A stretch of DNA of 32,000 bases from Desulfoglaeba alkanexedens ALDC (GCF_005377625.1 NZ_CP040098.1:2499279-2531278), one strand, 5' to 3'; shown: positions 1 through 9,386, counted from the first letter of the stretch. Notes: generated by a model from the letters alone, not told the origin. Numbers and translations are program-made.

Positions 1-7
1 AATGACT

Positions 8-994
8 TCAGAACCTGGGAGGCGGAATGACCTCTTCAATCTGAATGGCCAGACTCCCTTTGTGAACTCCAGCGGCCGCCTTGTACTTCTGGACGCCTTC
101 CACGAAGACCCTCAGCGGATGTTGCACATCCTGGTCCAACACCAGCACGTCCCCCACGTGGAGCTGCAGCAGGTCCCGCCCCTTGATGGTCGCACGTCCC
201 AGCTGGACGACCACCTCGACCGGCACTTCCTGCAGCCGCCGCACGAACCGGTCGATCCACTCCTGGTCCACTTCCAGCTGGTCGCTCTGGTAGCTGGCGG
301 AAAGCTTGGAACGAATTGGTTCGATGGTTGAATAGGGGAGGCAGAGGATGATCTTTCCGATGAGGTTCTCCAGTTCCAGTTCGTAGTGAACCACGATGAC
401 CAGTTCGGTCGGCGGTACGATGCTGGCGAACTGAGGGTTGACTTCGGAGCGCACGAATTCAAATCGCACGGGCATCACCGGCTTCCATGCCTGTTCCAGG
501 TCGTTCAGAGCCATGCGCACCACCTTGTGGATCACGCGCTGCTCGATGGACGTGAAATCGCGGCCCTCGATCTTGAAGGTGCTCCGCCCTGTCCCTCCGA
601 AAAAGCAGTCGACCAGGTTGAAGATCAGCCGGCTTTCCACGACCAGGAGCACGTGGCCCCTGAGCGGGTCCATCTTCAGGATGTGCAGGCTCGTCGGCAC
701 AGGGAGCGTCCTCAGGAAGTCCCCGAACTTGATCATTTCCTTCTGGGTCACCGTAATGTCGATGATCCGCTGAAGGGTGCTCGAGAGGGTGATGCGGTGG
801 AGCCGTGCGTAGCGGTCGTTGATGATTTCGAGGGTGGGCATGCGCCCGCGGATGATCCGGTCCTGGCTCGTAAGATCGTAGGGCCGAACGCCGTCCTGGT
901 CTAGGTCCTCCTCGGCCTGCTCCGCTTCTATGGTGCCGTTGGAAAGCCCCTTGAGGAGCGCATCCACTTCCTCTTGGCTCAGGACCTGTTCCAT
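8..994 (-). CDS. fliM: Flagellar motor switch protein FliM
   Basis: 328 aa ORF starting MEQVLSQEEVDALLKGLSNG, typical FliM N-terminus (CheY-binding motif) and FliM core (YARLHRITLSSTLQRIIDITV); stop TGA at 8-10; downstream of fliL. Confidence 0.96.
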   Translation of the reverse strand: MEQVLSQEEVDALLKGLSNGTIEAEQAEEDLDQDGVRPYDLTSQDRIIRGRMPTLEIINDRYARLHRITLSSTLQRIIDITVTQKEMIKFGDFLRTLPVPTSLHILKMDPLRGHVLLVVESRLIFNLVDCFFGGTGRSTFKIEGRDFTSIEQRVIHKVVRMALNDLEQAWKPVMPVRFEFVRSEVNPQFASIVPPTELVIVVHYELELENLIGKIILCLPYSTIEPIRSKLSASYQSDQLEVDQEWIDRFVRRLQEVPVEVVVQLGRATIKGRDLLQLHVGDVLVLDQDVQHPLRVFVEGVQKYKAAAGVHKGSLAIQIEEVIPPPRF

Positions 995-1012
995 GAATCC
1001 ACCTGCGTCAAG

Positions 1013-1501
1013 TTATTGAACCAGAAATTCGGTGAAATAGATGTCTTCCACCTGGCCCTGTCGGAGCAGACGGTTCATCTGGGCCATCAGGGCTCGCTTG
1101 AGCGCCATCTTCCCGGAAAGCGTGCTGATGTCATCGCGTTCTTTGCTGGAAAGCAGCATCAGCACGGCGTCCCGAAGTTCGGAATTCCTTTCGGTGAATT
1201 CGGCCGCCGTTTGAGGGTTGCTCAGGCGGAGCCGCATGGTCAACTTCAAGTATCGTTCTCCCTGGGGATCCGAGAGGTTGACCAGAAACGTTTCCATGTC
1301 TTGAAGGACGGGCTTTGGGGACGCCGGAGCGGGACTCATGGGAAGCGGCAGACCTCCCTTGGCCGAAAAATAAGACCATGCGGCGAACCCGCCGCCGGCG
1401 AGAACCACGACTATCACCACCCCCATGACGATCTTGACCAGGGGAAACTTCTTTTTCGCCGGGGCTTCGGCGGGCTTGGCGTCCGGCTTCTTTTTTTCCA
1501 T
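1013..1501 (-). CDS. fliL: Flagellar basal body-associated protein FliL
   Basis: 162 aa, Lys/Pro-rich N-terminus, single TM segment (LVKIVMGVVIVVVLAGGGFAAWSYF), then METFLVNLSDPQGERYLKLTMRLRL; between motA and fliM. Confidence 0.92.
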   Translation of the reverse strand: MEKKKPDAKPAEAPAKKKFPLVKIVMGVVIVVVLAGGGFAAWSYFSAKGGLPLPMSPAPASPKPVLQDMETFLVNLSDPQGERYLKLTMRLRLSNPQTAAEFTERNSELRDAVLMLLSSKERDDISTLSGKMALKRALMAQMNRLLRQGQVEDIYFTEFLVQ

Positions 1502-1564
1502 GAACTCTTACCTCCTGCGAAACCGATGGGTCCTTGCATTCCTTTGTCCAGGGCCGAGGCGACC

Positions 1565-2329
1565 TCAGTCGAAGCGGCTGGCGCGGGCTTTGGGCGGCAC
1601 GAAGGAATGCAGCTTCTGCTCTATGATCCGCGGGTTTTCCCCGTTGGCCACAGCCACGATGCCGCTGATGATCATCTCCTTGACGAGCGTCTCTTCCTGG
1701 CTGCGCTTCCTCAACTTTCCGGCCATGGGAAGGCAGACCAGGTTCGCGGCGACGGCTCCGTAGAACGTGGTGAGCAGGGCCACCGCCATGGCGGGTCCAA
1801 TGGTGCTGGGGTCCTCCATGCTTGAGAGCATCTGCACCAGGCCGATGAGGGTACCGATCATCCCCATGGCCGGAAAGAACGTGGCCATGGTGTTCAGGAC
1901 CTCAGCCCCGGACCGGTGCCGCTCTTCAAGGTATTCGATTTCCGTCTCCAGGATCTCCTTGATGGAATCGGGTTCCATCCCGTCCACCGTGAGCTGCAAC
2001 CCCTTGACCATGAAGGGATCGTCCACGTTGGCCAGCTCCGATTCCAAGGCCAGGATTCCTTCTCTCCGCGATTTGTTGGCGAATTCCACGAATCGGTCCA
2101 CCACCTCCTGGGTGCTCCACACCCGGGTGAAAAAGACGTTCTTCGCTACGTTCATGACGCTCAGGACGTCTCGGATGGGATAATGGATCATGGTGGCTCC
2201 GATGGTGCCGCCGAAGACGATGAAGATGGAAGGAATGTTGAAAAAGAGCGTGAGGCTGCCACCGATCATGATGGAGATGAGGACCAGGGCGAAGGCCGAA
2301 AAAATTCCGATCAATGTTGCGATGTCCAT
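1565..2329 (-). CDS. motA: Flagellar motor stator protein MotA
   Basis: 254 aa, MDIATLIGIFSAFALVLISIMIGGSL..., FPAMGMIGTLIGLVQMLSSMEDPSTIGPAMAVALLTTFYGAVAANL typical of MotA. Confidence 0.94.
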   Translation of the reverse strand: MDIATLIGIFSAFALVLISIMIGGSLTLFFNIPSIFIVFGGTIGATMIHYPIRDVLSVMNVAKNVFFTRVWSTQEVVDRFVEFANKSRREGILALESELANVDDPFMVKGLQLTVDGMEPDSIKEILETEIEYLEERHRSGAEVLNTMATFFPAMGMIGTLIGLVQMLSSMEDPSTIGPAMAVALLTTFYGAVAANLVCLPMAGKLRKRSQEETLVKEMIISGIVAVANGENPRIIEQKLHSFVPPKARASRFD

Positions 2330-2425
2330 GAGAGTGCGCCACCTGCCGGTTAAGCCGTCGCTTTCGTGATGCCCTTCTCCGGGCGGACTGTCCGCGTCTT
2401 ACCCATGGGGGTTGAACAGGCAGAG

Positions 2426-2441
2426 AGCAACGAATGTGCCA
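2426..2441 (-). promoter_or_regulatory. Sigma-54 (RpoN) promoter upstream of motA-fliL-fliM
   Basis: Minus strand reads TGGCAC-ATTCG-TTGCT, matching the -24/-12 consensus TGGCAC-N5-TTGCW with GG-N10-GC spacing; about 100 bp upstream of motA. Confidence 0.85.
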
Positions 2442-2661
2442 TGGCTTTCGAAGCCAAAGCCGGTAGGCGGAAAGAAGGGGAAGGATCTGGGCCGGAGAGC
2501 CGGGGTTCGAACCGGCGGTGGAAGGCGTTTTCGCCCAAAGAGTCAAAACCGTGACTCCTTGGAGGAAGGAACCGCCGCAGCGCCCCGCCGTCCAAGGCGC
2601 AACGGCGGAGCATTACGGGGCGGCTTGGTTTCGGAGGAACGCGTCGCCGGTTCGAGCCGCG

Positions 2662-3819
2662 TTAACGAACCATGTTGACCGCGACATCCAGAAGCGCGGC
2701 AGCTGTGGTGATGGTTTTGGAGTTGGCGTTGTAGCTGGCCTGGTAGGTGATCATGTTGACCATTTCCTTGGCGATGTCCACGTTGGAACCTTCGATGGTG
2801 TAACTGAATAGGTTGCCTCGGATGCCGTCGCCGGCTGTTCCGTGGATGGGAAACTTGGACTCGGGCCCCTGGGTGTAAAGGTTGCTTCCCTGGCGGATCA
2901 GGCCGTTGTTGTTGGCGAAGGTGCTCACCCGGAGCTGACCGTCCAGGATGGGCTGCGGGTCCATGTTGGCATAAAGAAACTGAATCTCAGGCGGATCGGT
3001 GTTTGGGTTGGGAGCCGTTACTTCCATGGAATAATGTCCTTCAGGCAGGGCCGCCGGCCAGGTGATATCGCCGTTTTCCACCAGCTTGGCCAGATCGATG
3101 GTTCCGTAGAAGCAATCGTTGGTGCCGTCACCGTCGGCATCGTGGTTATAGAGGGTGTTGTTCAGGGTAATGGTGCCGGTGACGGTCGGATTTTCGCGGT
3201 CGGTGATGGTGATGGTGACGTCGCCGAAGGAAGCCGTGTCGTACGCTTCGGTGAAATAGAGTGTCCCCCCGAAAAGCTCAGGGCTCCCGGTCGCTTCCAG
3301 CGAATAATAGGTGAGGTACTGCGGATCGGTGGGTGTCCCCCAGATTTGGCCGTTGCTGTCGATGTAGTAGTTGGTGTACCAGGCGTCCTGAGGAGAATCC
3401 ACCTTGATGGCTTCCCCGGCGCGGCTGAGCACATGATAGCCCAGCTCGTTCACCAAGTATCCGTCTTTGTCCATGTGGAAGCCTCCGTCGCGCGTGTAGT
3501 AGATGTTGTTGGTGTTCGGGACCTGTACCGAGAAGAAGCCTTCCCCGTTGATGGCTACGTCCGACCAGCGCGTGGTGCTGAGAAGCGATCCCTGAGAGAA
3601 TTCGGTCACGATCCCCATAATGGCGGTTCCCGCCCCTTCACGGTCCCTGTCTCTCGACAGCGTCGGGTAGTAACCTGCCACCATGTCCCCGAACCGGGCA
3701 CTGTTCGTCTTGTACGCGGTGGTGTTGGAGTTGGCGATGTTGTCGCCGACGACCGTGAGCGCGGTGCTCGAGCTGTTCAGGCCGCTGACTCCGATGTTCA
3801 TGGCTTGACTGATTCCCAT
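2662..3819 (-). CDS. flgE: Flagellar hook protein FlgE
   Basis: 385 aa, MGISQAMNIGVSGLNSSSTALTVVGDNIANSNTTAYKTNSARFGDM at N-term and MVNMITYQASYNANSKTITTAAALLDVAVNMVR at C-term (hook/rod family termini). Confidence 0.9.
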   Translation of the reverse strand: MGISQAMNIGVSGLNSSSTALTVVGDNIANSNTTAYKTNSARFGDMVAGYYPTLSRDRDREGAGTAIMGIVTEFSQGSLLSTTRWSDVAINGEGFFSVQVPNTNNIYYTRDGGFHMDKDGYLVNELGYHVLSRAGEAIKVDSPQDAWYTNYYIDSNGQIWGTPTDPQYLTYYSLEATGSPELFGGTLYFTEAYDTASFGDVTITITDRENPTVTGTITLNNTLYNHDADGDGTNDCFYGTIDLAKLVENGDITWPAALPEGHYSMEVTAPNPNTDPPEIQFLYANMDPQPILDGQLRVSTFANNNGLIRQGSNLYTQGPESKFPIHGTAGDGIRGNLFSYTIEGSNVDIAKEMVNMITYQASYNANSKTITTAAALLDVAVNMVR

Positions 3820-3931
3820 GGCCTCTTACCTCCCTGTACAGTCCAAAGTTGTATAGCTTTTCAGAAAAATAATCGGTAGCGCTCTAAAGTGGAGACCTTA
3901 AGCAAAAAGGTTAACAAAGGTCAAAAAATCC

Positions 3932-3976
3932 CCCCTCTCCCCCTCCCCTTAATCCCCTCCCACAAGGGGAGGGGAA
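3932..3976. repeat. C/T-rich hairpin repeat (CCCCTCCC-ACAA-GGGGAGGGG)
   Basis: tcccccctctccccctccccttaatcccctcccacaaggggagggga in the flgD-flgE intergenic region; perfect short-loop inverted repeat. Confidence 0.55.
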
Positions 3977-3990
3977 ATAGGATTTGTACT

Positions 3991-4074
3991 CGTTCCCAAG
4001 CTCCGGCTTGGGAACGCCCTCAATCGAAGCTGGAGCGTCTCCACAGTTGTGTTCCCAAGCTGGAGCTTGGGAAC
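3991..4074. repeat. 'TTCCCAAGC/GCTTGGGAA' palindromic repeats (two copies)
   Basis: cgttcccaagctccggcttgggaacg (3991-4016) and gttcccaagctggagcttgggaac (4051-4074), same sequence as copies elsewhere in the window. Confidence 0.9.
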
Positions 4075-4108
4075 AAGAAGACAAAGGCAAGCCGGCTCCT
4101 ACAAAAAC

Positions 4109-4828
4109 TCACAAGGAGGTGCCTTCCGTCGGCGTCGGTTCAGGGGTCGTGTCCCGAATGTGAAGCAATGCCCCGATGGGCACCTTCAGTCCGTCGGCGT
4201 CTCCAAGAACCAGGTAGGACTGACCTTCCTCCATGTTGAAACCGTAAACGGAATCGCTCACGGTGGTCGTCGCTTCCAGGGGCTGCCCCTGCGCGCCCGT
4301 CGCTTCCACCTGGAACGTGTAGACTCCGTCCGTAACCGTTTTGCCTTTGGAATCGGTTCCATCCCAGGCCAACGCGTGTTCACCCGCTTCCAAGACTCCC
4401 ATATCGAGCGTCCGAACCACACGGCCGTCGGCGTCCTGTATGGAAACGGTCACTTCGGCCGGCGCCTCCAGTCGGAAGCCTCCCTGGGAGACCTCACCGC
4501 CGTTCACGCGGACCCGGTCGTCTGCGGCTGTCACGTGTTTTCCGATCAGGGTGAGAAGTTGGGTGTTGTTGATGGATGACAAGTAGTTCTGCTGAGTCTG
4601 GAGCGTGCCGTTGATTTGAGTGAGCTGCTCCACCGTGCTGAATTGAGCCAGCTGGGCTGCCATTTCGTGGGATTCCATGGGATTCGTGGGATCCTGGTGC
4701 TGAAGCTGAGTCGTGAACATGAGCAGAAACGATCCCATGTCGGCGATGGTCTTCTTCGGGCCGTCCGACGGGACGGGTCCCTGAGCGGCCGGCAGCGTAT
4801 ACGACGGCTGATACGAATTGACGTTCAT
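4109..4828 (-). CDS. flgD: Flagellar hook assembly (hook cap) protein FlgD
   Basis: MNVNSYQPSYTLPAAQ... MGSFLLMFTTQLQHQDPTNPMESHEMAAQLAQFSTVEQLTQINGTL typical FlgD; start chosen at the internal Met (4828) inside the longer ORF 4109..4900. Confidence 0.93.
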   Translation of the reverse strand: MNVNSYQPSYTLPAAQGPVPSDGPKKTIADMGSFLLMFTTQLQHQDPTNPMESHEMAAQLAQFSTVEQLTQINGTLQTQQNYLSSINNTQLLTLIGKHVTAADDRVRVNGGEVSQGGFRLEAPAEVTVSIQDADGRVVRTLDMGVLEAGEHALAWDGTDSKGKTVTDGVYTFQVEATGAQGQPLEATTTVSDSVYGFNMEEGQSYLVLGDADGLKVPIGALLHIRDTTPEPTPTEGTSL

Positions 4829-4868
4829 GACGGCATCCTCATAAAAGATTGCTTCAAAGCGCGGGTGG

Positions 4869-6869
4869 TCATGCCACCAGACTGATGGTCTGCCCGTCAT
4901 TCAGGCGGCGGGCAGTCGCGGGCAGAACGCCCGCGGACAGGGGTTTCTTCTCTGAGGCCGTCCCGGTCCCCGAGCCTGGATCGACCTTGGCCTCGTCCGG
5001 GGAAAATCGGCCATGTTCCTTTTCCTTACGCACGTCCACGGAAAAGGACCCCAAGGTGATGCCCTGTTCGGCGAGCATCTGGCGAAGAAAACCGGCGTTC
5101 CGTGCCAGAAGCTCCCGAACCTGCTCGTGCTCCGCCGTGATCCACGTACTGACCTGATCGTTTCGGGTCTCCACGCGGAGCACCAGCTTCCCCAGGTGTT
5201 TCGGTTCCACTTCCAGCGTCAGCCGATGGCGGTTTTGTCGGATCATTTCCTGGAAGCGCTCCGCCACAACAGAAGGCCACGTGGAGCTGTAGAACGGCAC
5301 CCGGGATTCAATGCTCGGTTGATTGACTGCCGGGGAAGGACCGGCACCATCCAGCTTCAGCGAGACGATCTGCCCAATGGCCCGCTGGAAACCTGACCCG
5401 GACCGCAGGTTGTCGCCGCTCCCGGGGTTCTCTCCGCCGGAGGCGGGCTCCGCCGTCAAAGGACTCCCTTTGAGACCGGCCGTTTCAGCCTCGAAAAGCG
5501 AACCGGGGGAACCGTGTCCATGGGACGGATTCTCCTGTTTCCCCGTGTTTTCATTGCCACTGGAAGACGCGGAAGGCGCCGGTGGGGTCGGTGAATCCGA
5601 TTTTTCCAGCGGGGCCCGTTCTCCGGCTTGAGCCTGTCGCGACCCATGGGTGCGCCCCAGACCTTCCATTTCAGTCGGAGCCGCCGCGGGAAGCCCGTTC
5701 TTGGCCTGATCAGCCGCTTTCACGGAGGCGTGTTCGAGCTGTTCCGGGGCTGATGCACCGCTCGGCGGCTCCGTGTTCACGGTTTCAACGAAAGCGCGGG
5801 GATTCGGTTTCACGGGATTGGCTCCTTCGGTTTGCGGCTGCGATGGAGGCGCGCCTTCTGCGCTTTCGTTCAGCGCTGCGGAATCGCCGGAGTTCAAGGT
5901 GGATTCGGCGGAGGAAGTCCCCGGGCGTTGATCGGCATGCGCGGCCAAGACCTTCGGCGCCTTGAAGTCCCGGGGTCTGGGCGGATCGGTCAATGGTTCC
6001 GACGCGAGTCCCGGTTCCGATTCAGTCCATTCCACGGGGTCCTTTGCCGTGGGTTCTCCATCCTCGGGCGCCTTGGTATCCCCGAAAAGCGATTCATCGC
6101 TCTTGGAAAAATTCGGCATGGTGTTCCACGAACGCTTGGGATTCGATGGCCCGTTCGGCGAAGGAGTGTTCCCGCTCGAATCTTCCTCCGCCCTCCCATC
6201 CGTCCGTCCGCCGGCGTCGCCCTTAAACCTCATCGCGTCGTCGTTCTCCTCACTGAAGGCGGCGTCCCGGGACACCTTGTCCGCGATCCGTTCGAGCATT
6301 TCCTTGAATTCGGCCGCGCTGTAGGAGCCGGTTTTCCTGACGGCAACGTCTTCGGAGACCCCTTCGACCGGTCCGCCGTTGTAAAGAAGTGTCTCCAGTA
6401 GATTCGCCACGTGTTCAGCCGGGGCGGCGGGGACTTCCGTTATGGACTGTGCCGCCGGCTTTTCGGAAAGCGCCGCCATGAGGGCATCCAAACGGATATG
6501 TCGGTCACCGCCGGCCGCTTCAAGGCATGCCGCCCTGCATTCAGGGGAAAAGCCTAACTGCGCCAGGATCTCCTGAAGCCCCTGAACATCCCCCAGGGCC
6601 AATTCTTCTTCGACCTTCTTCCGTTTCAACCGGAGCGCCCCGGCCAGCCGCGCTCGATCTTCGAAGTGCTGGAAGAGAGAGAGTCGCTGCGGCGCGTTCA
6701 ACGTGTCATCGTTTCCCGGGGATGCCTTCGATTTTCCAAGAAGCAGGTTCTCCTGTGTCTTCATTTCCTTGGTGAAATCGGAATCCAGGATGGTTCTTCC
6801 GATCTTTCGATGTTCGGCCGCTGTGACGTTTTCCAGAAGTTGAGCGGAGTTGAGCAGGATCGCGACCAT
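4869..6869 (-). CDS. fliK: Flagellar hook-length control protein FliK
   Basis: Long Pro/Ser/Glu-rich protein with conserved C-terminal LTLEVEPKHLGKLVLRVETRNDQVSTWITAEHEQVRELLARNAGFLRQMLAEQGITLGSFSVDV; upstream of flgD; start chosen at 6869 (MVAILLNSAQLLENV). Confidence 0.9.
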   Translation of the reverse strand: MVAILLNSAQLLENVTAAEHRKIGRTILDSDFTKEMKTQENLLLGKSKASPGNDDTLNAPQRLSLFQHFEDRARLAGALRLKRKKVEEELALGDVQGLQEILAQLGFSPECRAACLEAAGGDRHIRLDALMAALSEKPAAQSITEVPAAPAEHVANLLETLLYNGGPVEGVSEDVAVRKTGSYSAAEFKEMLERIADKVSRDAAFSEENDDAMRFKGDAGGRTDGRAEEDSSGNTPSPNGPSNPKRSWNTMPNFSKSDESLFGDTKAPEDGEPTAKDPVEWTESEPGLASEPLTDPPRPRDFKAPKVLAAHADQRPGTSSAESTLNSGDSAALNESAEGAPPSQPQTEGANPVKPNPRAFVETVNTEPPSGASAPEQLEHASVKAADQAKNGLPAAAPTEMEGLGRTHGSRQAQAGERAPLEKSDSPTPPAPSASSSGNENTGKQENPSHGHGSPGSLFEAETAGLKGSPLTAEPASGGENPGSGDNLRSGSGFQRAIGQIVSLKLDGAGPSPAVNQPSIESRVPFYSSTWPSVVAERFQEMIRQNRHRLTLEVEPKHLGKLVLRVETRNDQVSTWITAEHEQVRELLARNAGFLRQMLAEQGITLGSFSVDVRKEKEHGRFSPDEAKVDPGSGTGTASEKKPLSAGVLPATARRLNDGQTISLVA

Positions 6870-6916
6870 GGTTTCCTCGTCTTCGAGAAGGGGGCTTCGA
6901 TTTCGACCGGATGTAG

Positions 6917-6932
6917 AGCAACGGGAGTGCCA
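6917..6932 (-). promoter_or_regulatory. Sigma-54 (RpoN) promoter upstream of fliK-flgD-flgE
   Basis: Minus strand reads TGGCAC-TCCCG-TTGCT, perfect -24/-12 spacing, about 50 bp upstream of the fliK start. Confidence 0.88.
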
Positions 6933-7214
6933 AATGAGCCGGCCTATAGAAGTGGTGTGAATACAGCATCTTATCCGTGGGGTCCGGGGGTTGGCCTTCA
7001 TGAACGGACATGAGGCGGGCAACTTTTGCCGCCTCGGGCTGCAATTGCTTCCCAGCCGCCTGGATGCGCCGATGCCCCGCCCGCCCCCATCGGCCCGATG
7101 GCGGGCCTCCTACAGGTGGCCCGGTGTGGGAGCGGCGCCCGGTTGTAGGAACGGCGCCCCCGCCGCGATGAACCAACGGGCGGGCGCCTTGATGAAAAAC
7201 CGGGCCAATCCCCT

Positions 7215-7290
7215 GTAGGAGCCGGCTTGCCGGCGATGAGGGTCAATGCGGTATTGCCGGTTTTGCGAGTCGCGGGCAAACCCGCTCCTA
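7215..7290. repeat. REP/BIME-like element, complete inverted pair
   Basis: GTAGGAGCCGGCTTGCCGGCGAT-gagggtcaatgcggtattgccggttttgcgagt-CGCGGGCAAACCCGCTCCTA; two REP-like hairpins in inverted orientation. Confidence 0.85.
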
Positions 7291-7312
7291 GAATCCCTGC
7301 GCTCTCCACATT

Positions 7313-7388
7313 ATTCCCAAGCTCCACCACCCACCTTGTTCCCAAGCTCCAGCTTGGGAACGGCCTGCCCGGGAAGCTCCAGCTTCCC
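7313..7388. repeat. Composite GTTCCCAAGC-family palindromic repeat
   Basis: ttcccaagctccaccacccaccttgttcccaagctccagcttgggaacggcctgcccgggaagctccagcttccc: contains perfect palindromes gttcccaagctccagcttgggaac-like and gggaagctccagcttccc. Confidence 0.88.
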
Positions 7389-7979
7389 GTACTCAACAGA
7401 AATTTGGAAACTGAAAAATTTGACCTGACCTCTCAATAATCTCCCGAACAGCCGCAGCAACTCGGGGTAACGTAGCCTGGATTAATGTGAGGAGGCCGGG
7501 CTGCAATGGAGAAGTTCCCAAAGTCATCATTTTGAATCAAGAGTTGGTTCGTGAGAAGCTGCGTCTGAAAAAGTATGATGACGTATGCCTCAGCGATTGA
7601 GGTCGTCTTGATGAGTTTGTCCATTTCATCATCTCTTTGTAGGGGGGAGAAAGGAATCACCCCCATGCAGAATCTGAGCCTTTCAGCCGAAAAACCGACG
7701 TGGATGTGCGCCTTCAAACAAGGGATCTGACCTATTCACGCTCCAGCCGGCATCTCTCAACGGGACGTTCAGACCCTCGATCACCCCAAACGGCCCACTG
7801 GACACTTCTGTGGAAAATGGGTGTCGCTGCCATCCGAGCGCACCAGACGTGGAGATCGTATTCACGACCTTGCTGTTCGGGTCTACCTTCCATTCGATGA
7901 AGCGGGAAGCTTGACCGACAAGGAAGAGCCAACCGTGCGGATCCTTTGTAGGAGGGGGTTTGACCGTCGATGGGGGTCG

Positions 7980-8088
7980 CTTGCAGGAGCGGCCTTGGCC
8001 GCGACCAGGGTCGGCGAGAAGCCGGCTCCTGGGGACAAGGGCCTGAAACCTATTCCCGGACAAGCTCCTAGGAGCTTGTCCGGGAATG
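7980..8088. repeat. REP-like hairpin region plus perfect 36-bp palindrome
   Basis: cttgcaggagcggccttggccgcgaccagggtcggcgagaagccggctcctgg followed by ATTCCCGGACAAGCTCCT|AGGAGCTTGTCCGGGAAT (8053-8088), an exact 36-bp palindrome. Confidence 0.8.
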
Positions 8089-8173
8089 CCGGTTTTGGCC
8101 GTTTTGGGTACGCTAAGTGTGCTAAATTGCGCTGCCCCAAGGGGCTTTTGATGCTGAGTTCTCGGACAGGTTC

Positions 8174-9370
8174 CTAGAGGCCGAAAATGCTGACACTGCA
8201 CACGCTGAAGGAAGGGATCCCACCCAGGTTGTGGGTAAGGCCCAGGGTCGGGTTGGGGATCTGGCGCTCACCCGCCTTGTGCTGCAGCTGCTTGACCACT
8301 TCGTAGATCATCCGGATGCCGGAAGCCCCGATGGGGTGGCCGAAACACTTGAGTCCGCCGTCGCTCTGGCAGGGAATCTTTCCTTCCAGGTCGAAGAGAC
8401 CCTCATTAACGTCCAGGATGGCCCGGCCTCGCGGCGAAATCCCCAGGTCTTCGTAGGTTACGAGTTCGGTGATGGAAAAGCAGTCGTGGACTTCAAGGAT
8501 GCTCAATTCGTCCCGTGGGTTCTTGATGCCGGCTTCCGCATAGGCCCGTGCGGCCGCTTCCGTGGTGGTCTTCAAATAAGAGCCGTCCCAGGAGGTGGTG
8601 AGCATTTCTTCGCCGGATGTGGCGGCGATCTGGAGTGCTTTCACGAAGACCGGGTCCTTCCTCAAGCTGCGTGCGATTTCCGGCGTCGTAACGATCGCCG
8701 CCGCCGCCCCGTCGCTCACCCCGCAGCAGTCGAAGAGCCCCAGCGGCCACGCGATGATGGGAGCCTTGAGCACCTGTTCCGGGGTGACGGGCTTTCGAAG
8801 GTGCGCCCTGGGGTTCAGGGCCCCGGCGCGGTGGCTCTTGCTGGAAATCTTCGCGAGGGCCCGCTTTCCTTCTTCCGGGTCGATCCCGTACTTGGCGAAG
8901 TACCGGGTGGCAAGCAGCGCGAAGGCGCCCGGGGCGGTGAAGTTGGGAAGGGTGAAGTGCTGGAAGACCCCCATGGCCGTATCGAACCCGGGAAGCCCCC
9001 CATAGCCGGTGTCTTTGAGCTTTTCCACGCCGACGGCCAGGGCTATCCGGGAGGCGCCGGCCGCTACGGCGTAGCAGGCGCCGCGAAAGGCTTCCGTTCC
9101 GGTCGCGCAGAAGTTCTCCACCCGGGTGACCGGGAGGTTCGGCAGCTTCAGAGTCTGCGACAGGGGGATGCCGCTTTTTCCAACGTTCACTTCGTCGAAG
9201 CAGGTGCCGAGCCAGGCCGCGTCGATTTCGCGCCGTTCGATCCCTGCGTCTTCCATGGCTTCCATAAAGGCTTCCAGTATGAGGTCTTCAGCGGCGGCGT
9301 CCCAGCGTTCGCCGAAGCGGGTGCATCCCATGCCGATGATGGCGACTTTGTCCTTGATACCGATGGCCAT
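8174..9370 (-). CDS. Thiolase-family protein (acetyl-CoA acetyltransferase / SCP2-type thiolase-like)
   Basis: MAIGIKDKVAIIGMGCTRFGERWDAAAEDLILEAF...NFCATGTEAFRGACYAVAAG...HPIGASGIRMIYEVVKQL...GLTHNLGG typical of lipid-transfer/thiolase-like proteins; start at 9370. Confidence 0.88.
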   Translation of the reverse strand: MAIGIKDKVAIIGMGCTRFGERWDAAAEDLILEAFMEAMEDAGIERREIDAAWLGTCFDEVNVGKSGIPLSQTLKLPNLPVTRVENFCATGTEAFRGACYAVAAGASRIALAVGVEKLKDTGYGGLPGFDTAMGVFQHFTLPNFTAPGAFALLATRYFAKYGIDPEEGKRALAKISSKSHRAGALNPRAHLRKPVTPEQVLKAPIIAWPLGLFDCCGVSDGAAAAIVTTPEIARSLRKDPVFVKALQIAATSGEEMLTTSWDGSYLKTTTEAAARAYAEAGIKNPRDELSILEVHDCFSITELVTYEDLGISPRGRAILDVNEGLFDLEGKIPCQSDGGLKCFGHPIGASGIRMIYEVVKQLQHKAGERQIPNPTLGLTHNLGGIPSFSVCSVSIFGL

Positions 9371-9386
9371 GGGCGATTCCTCCTTG

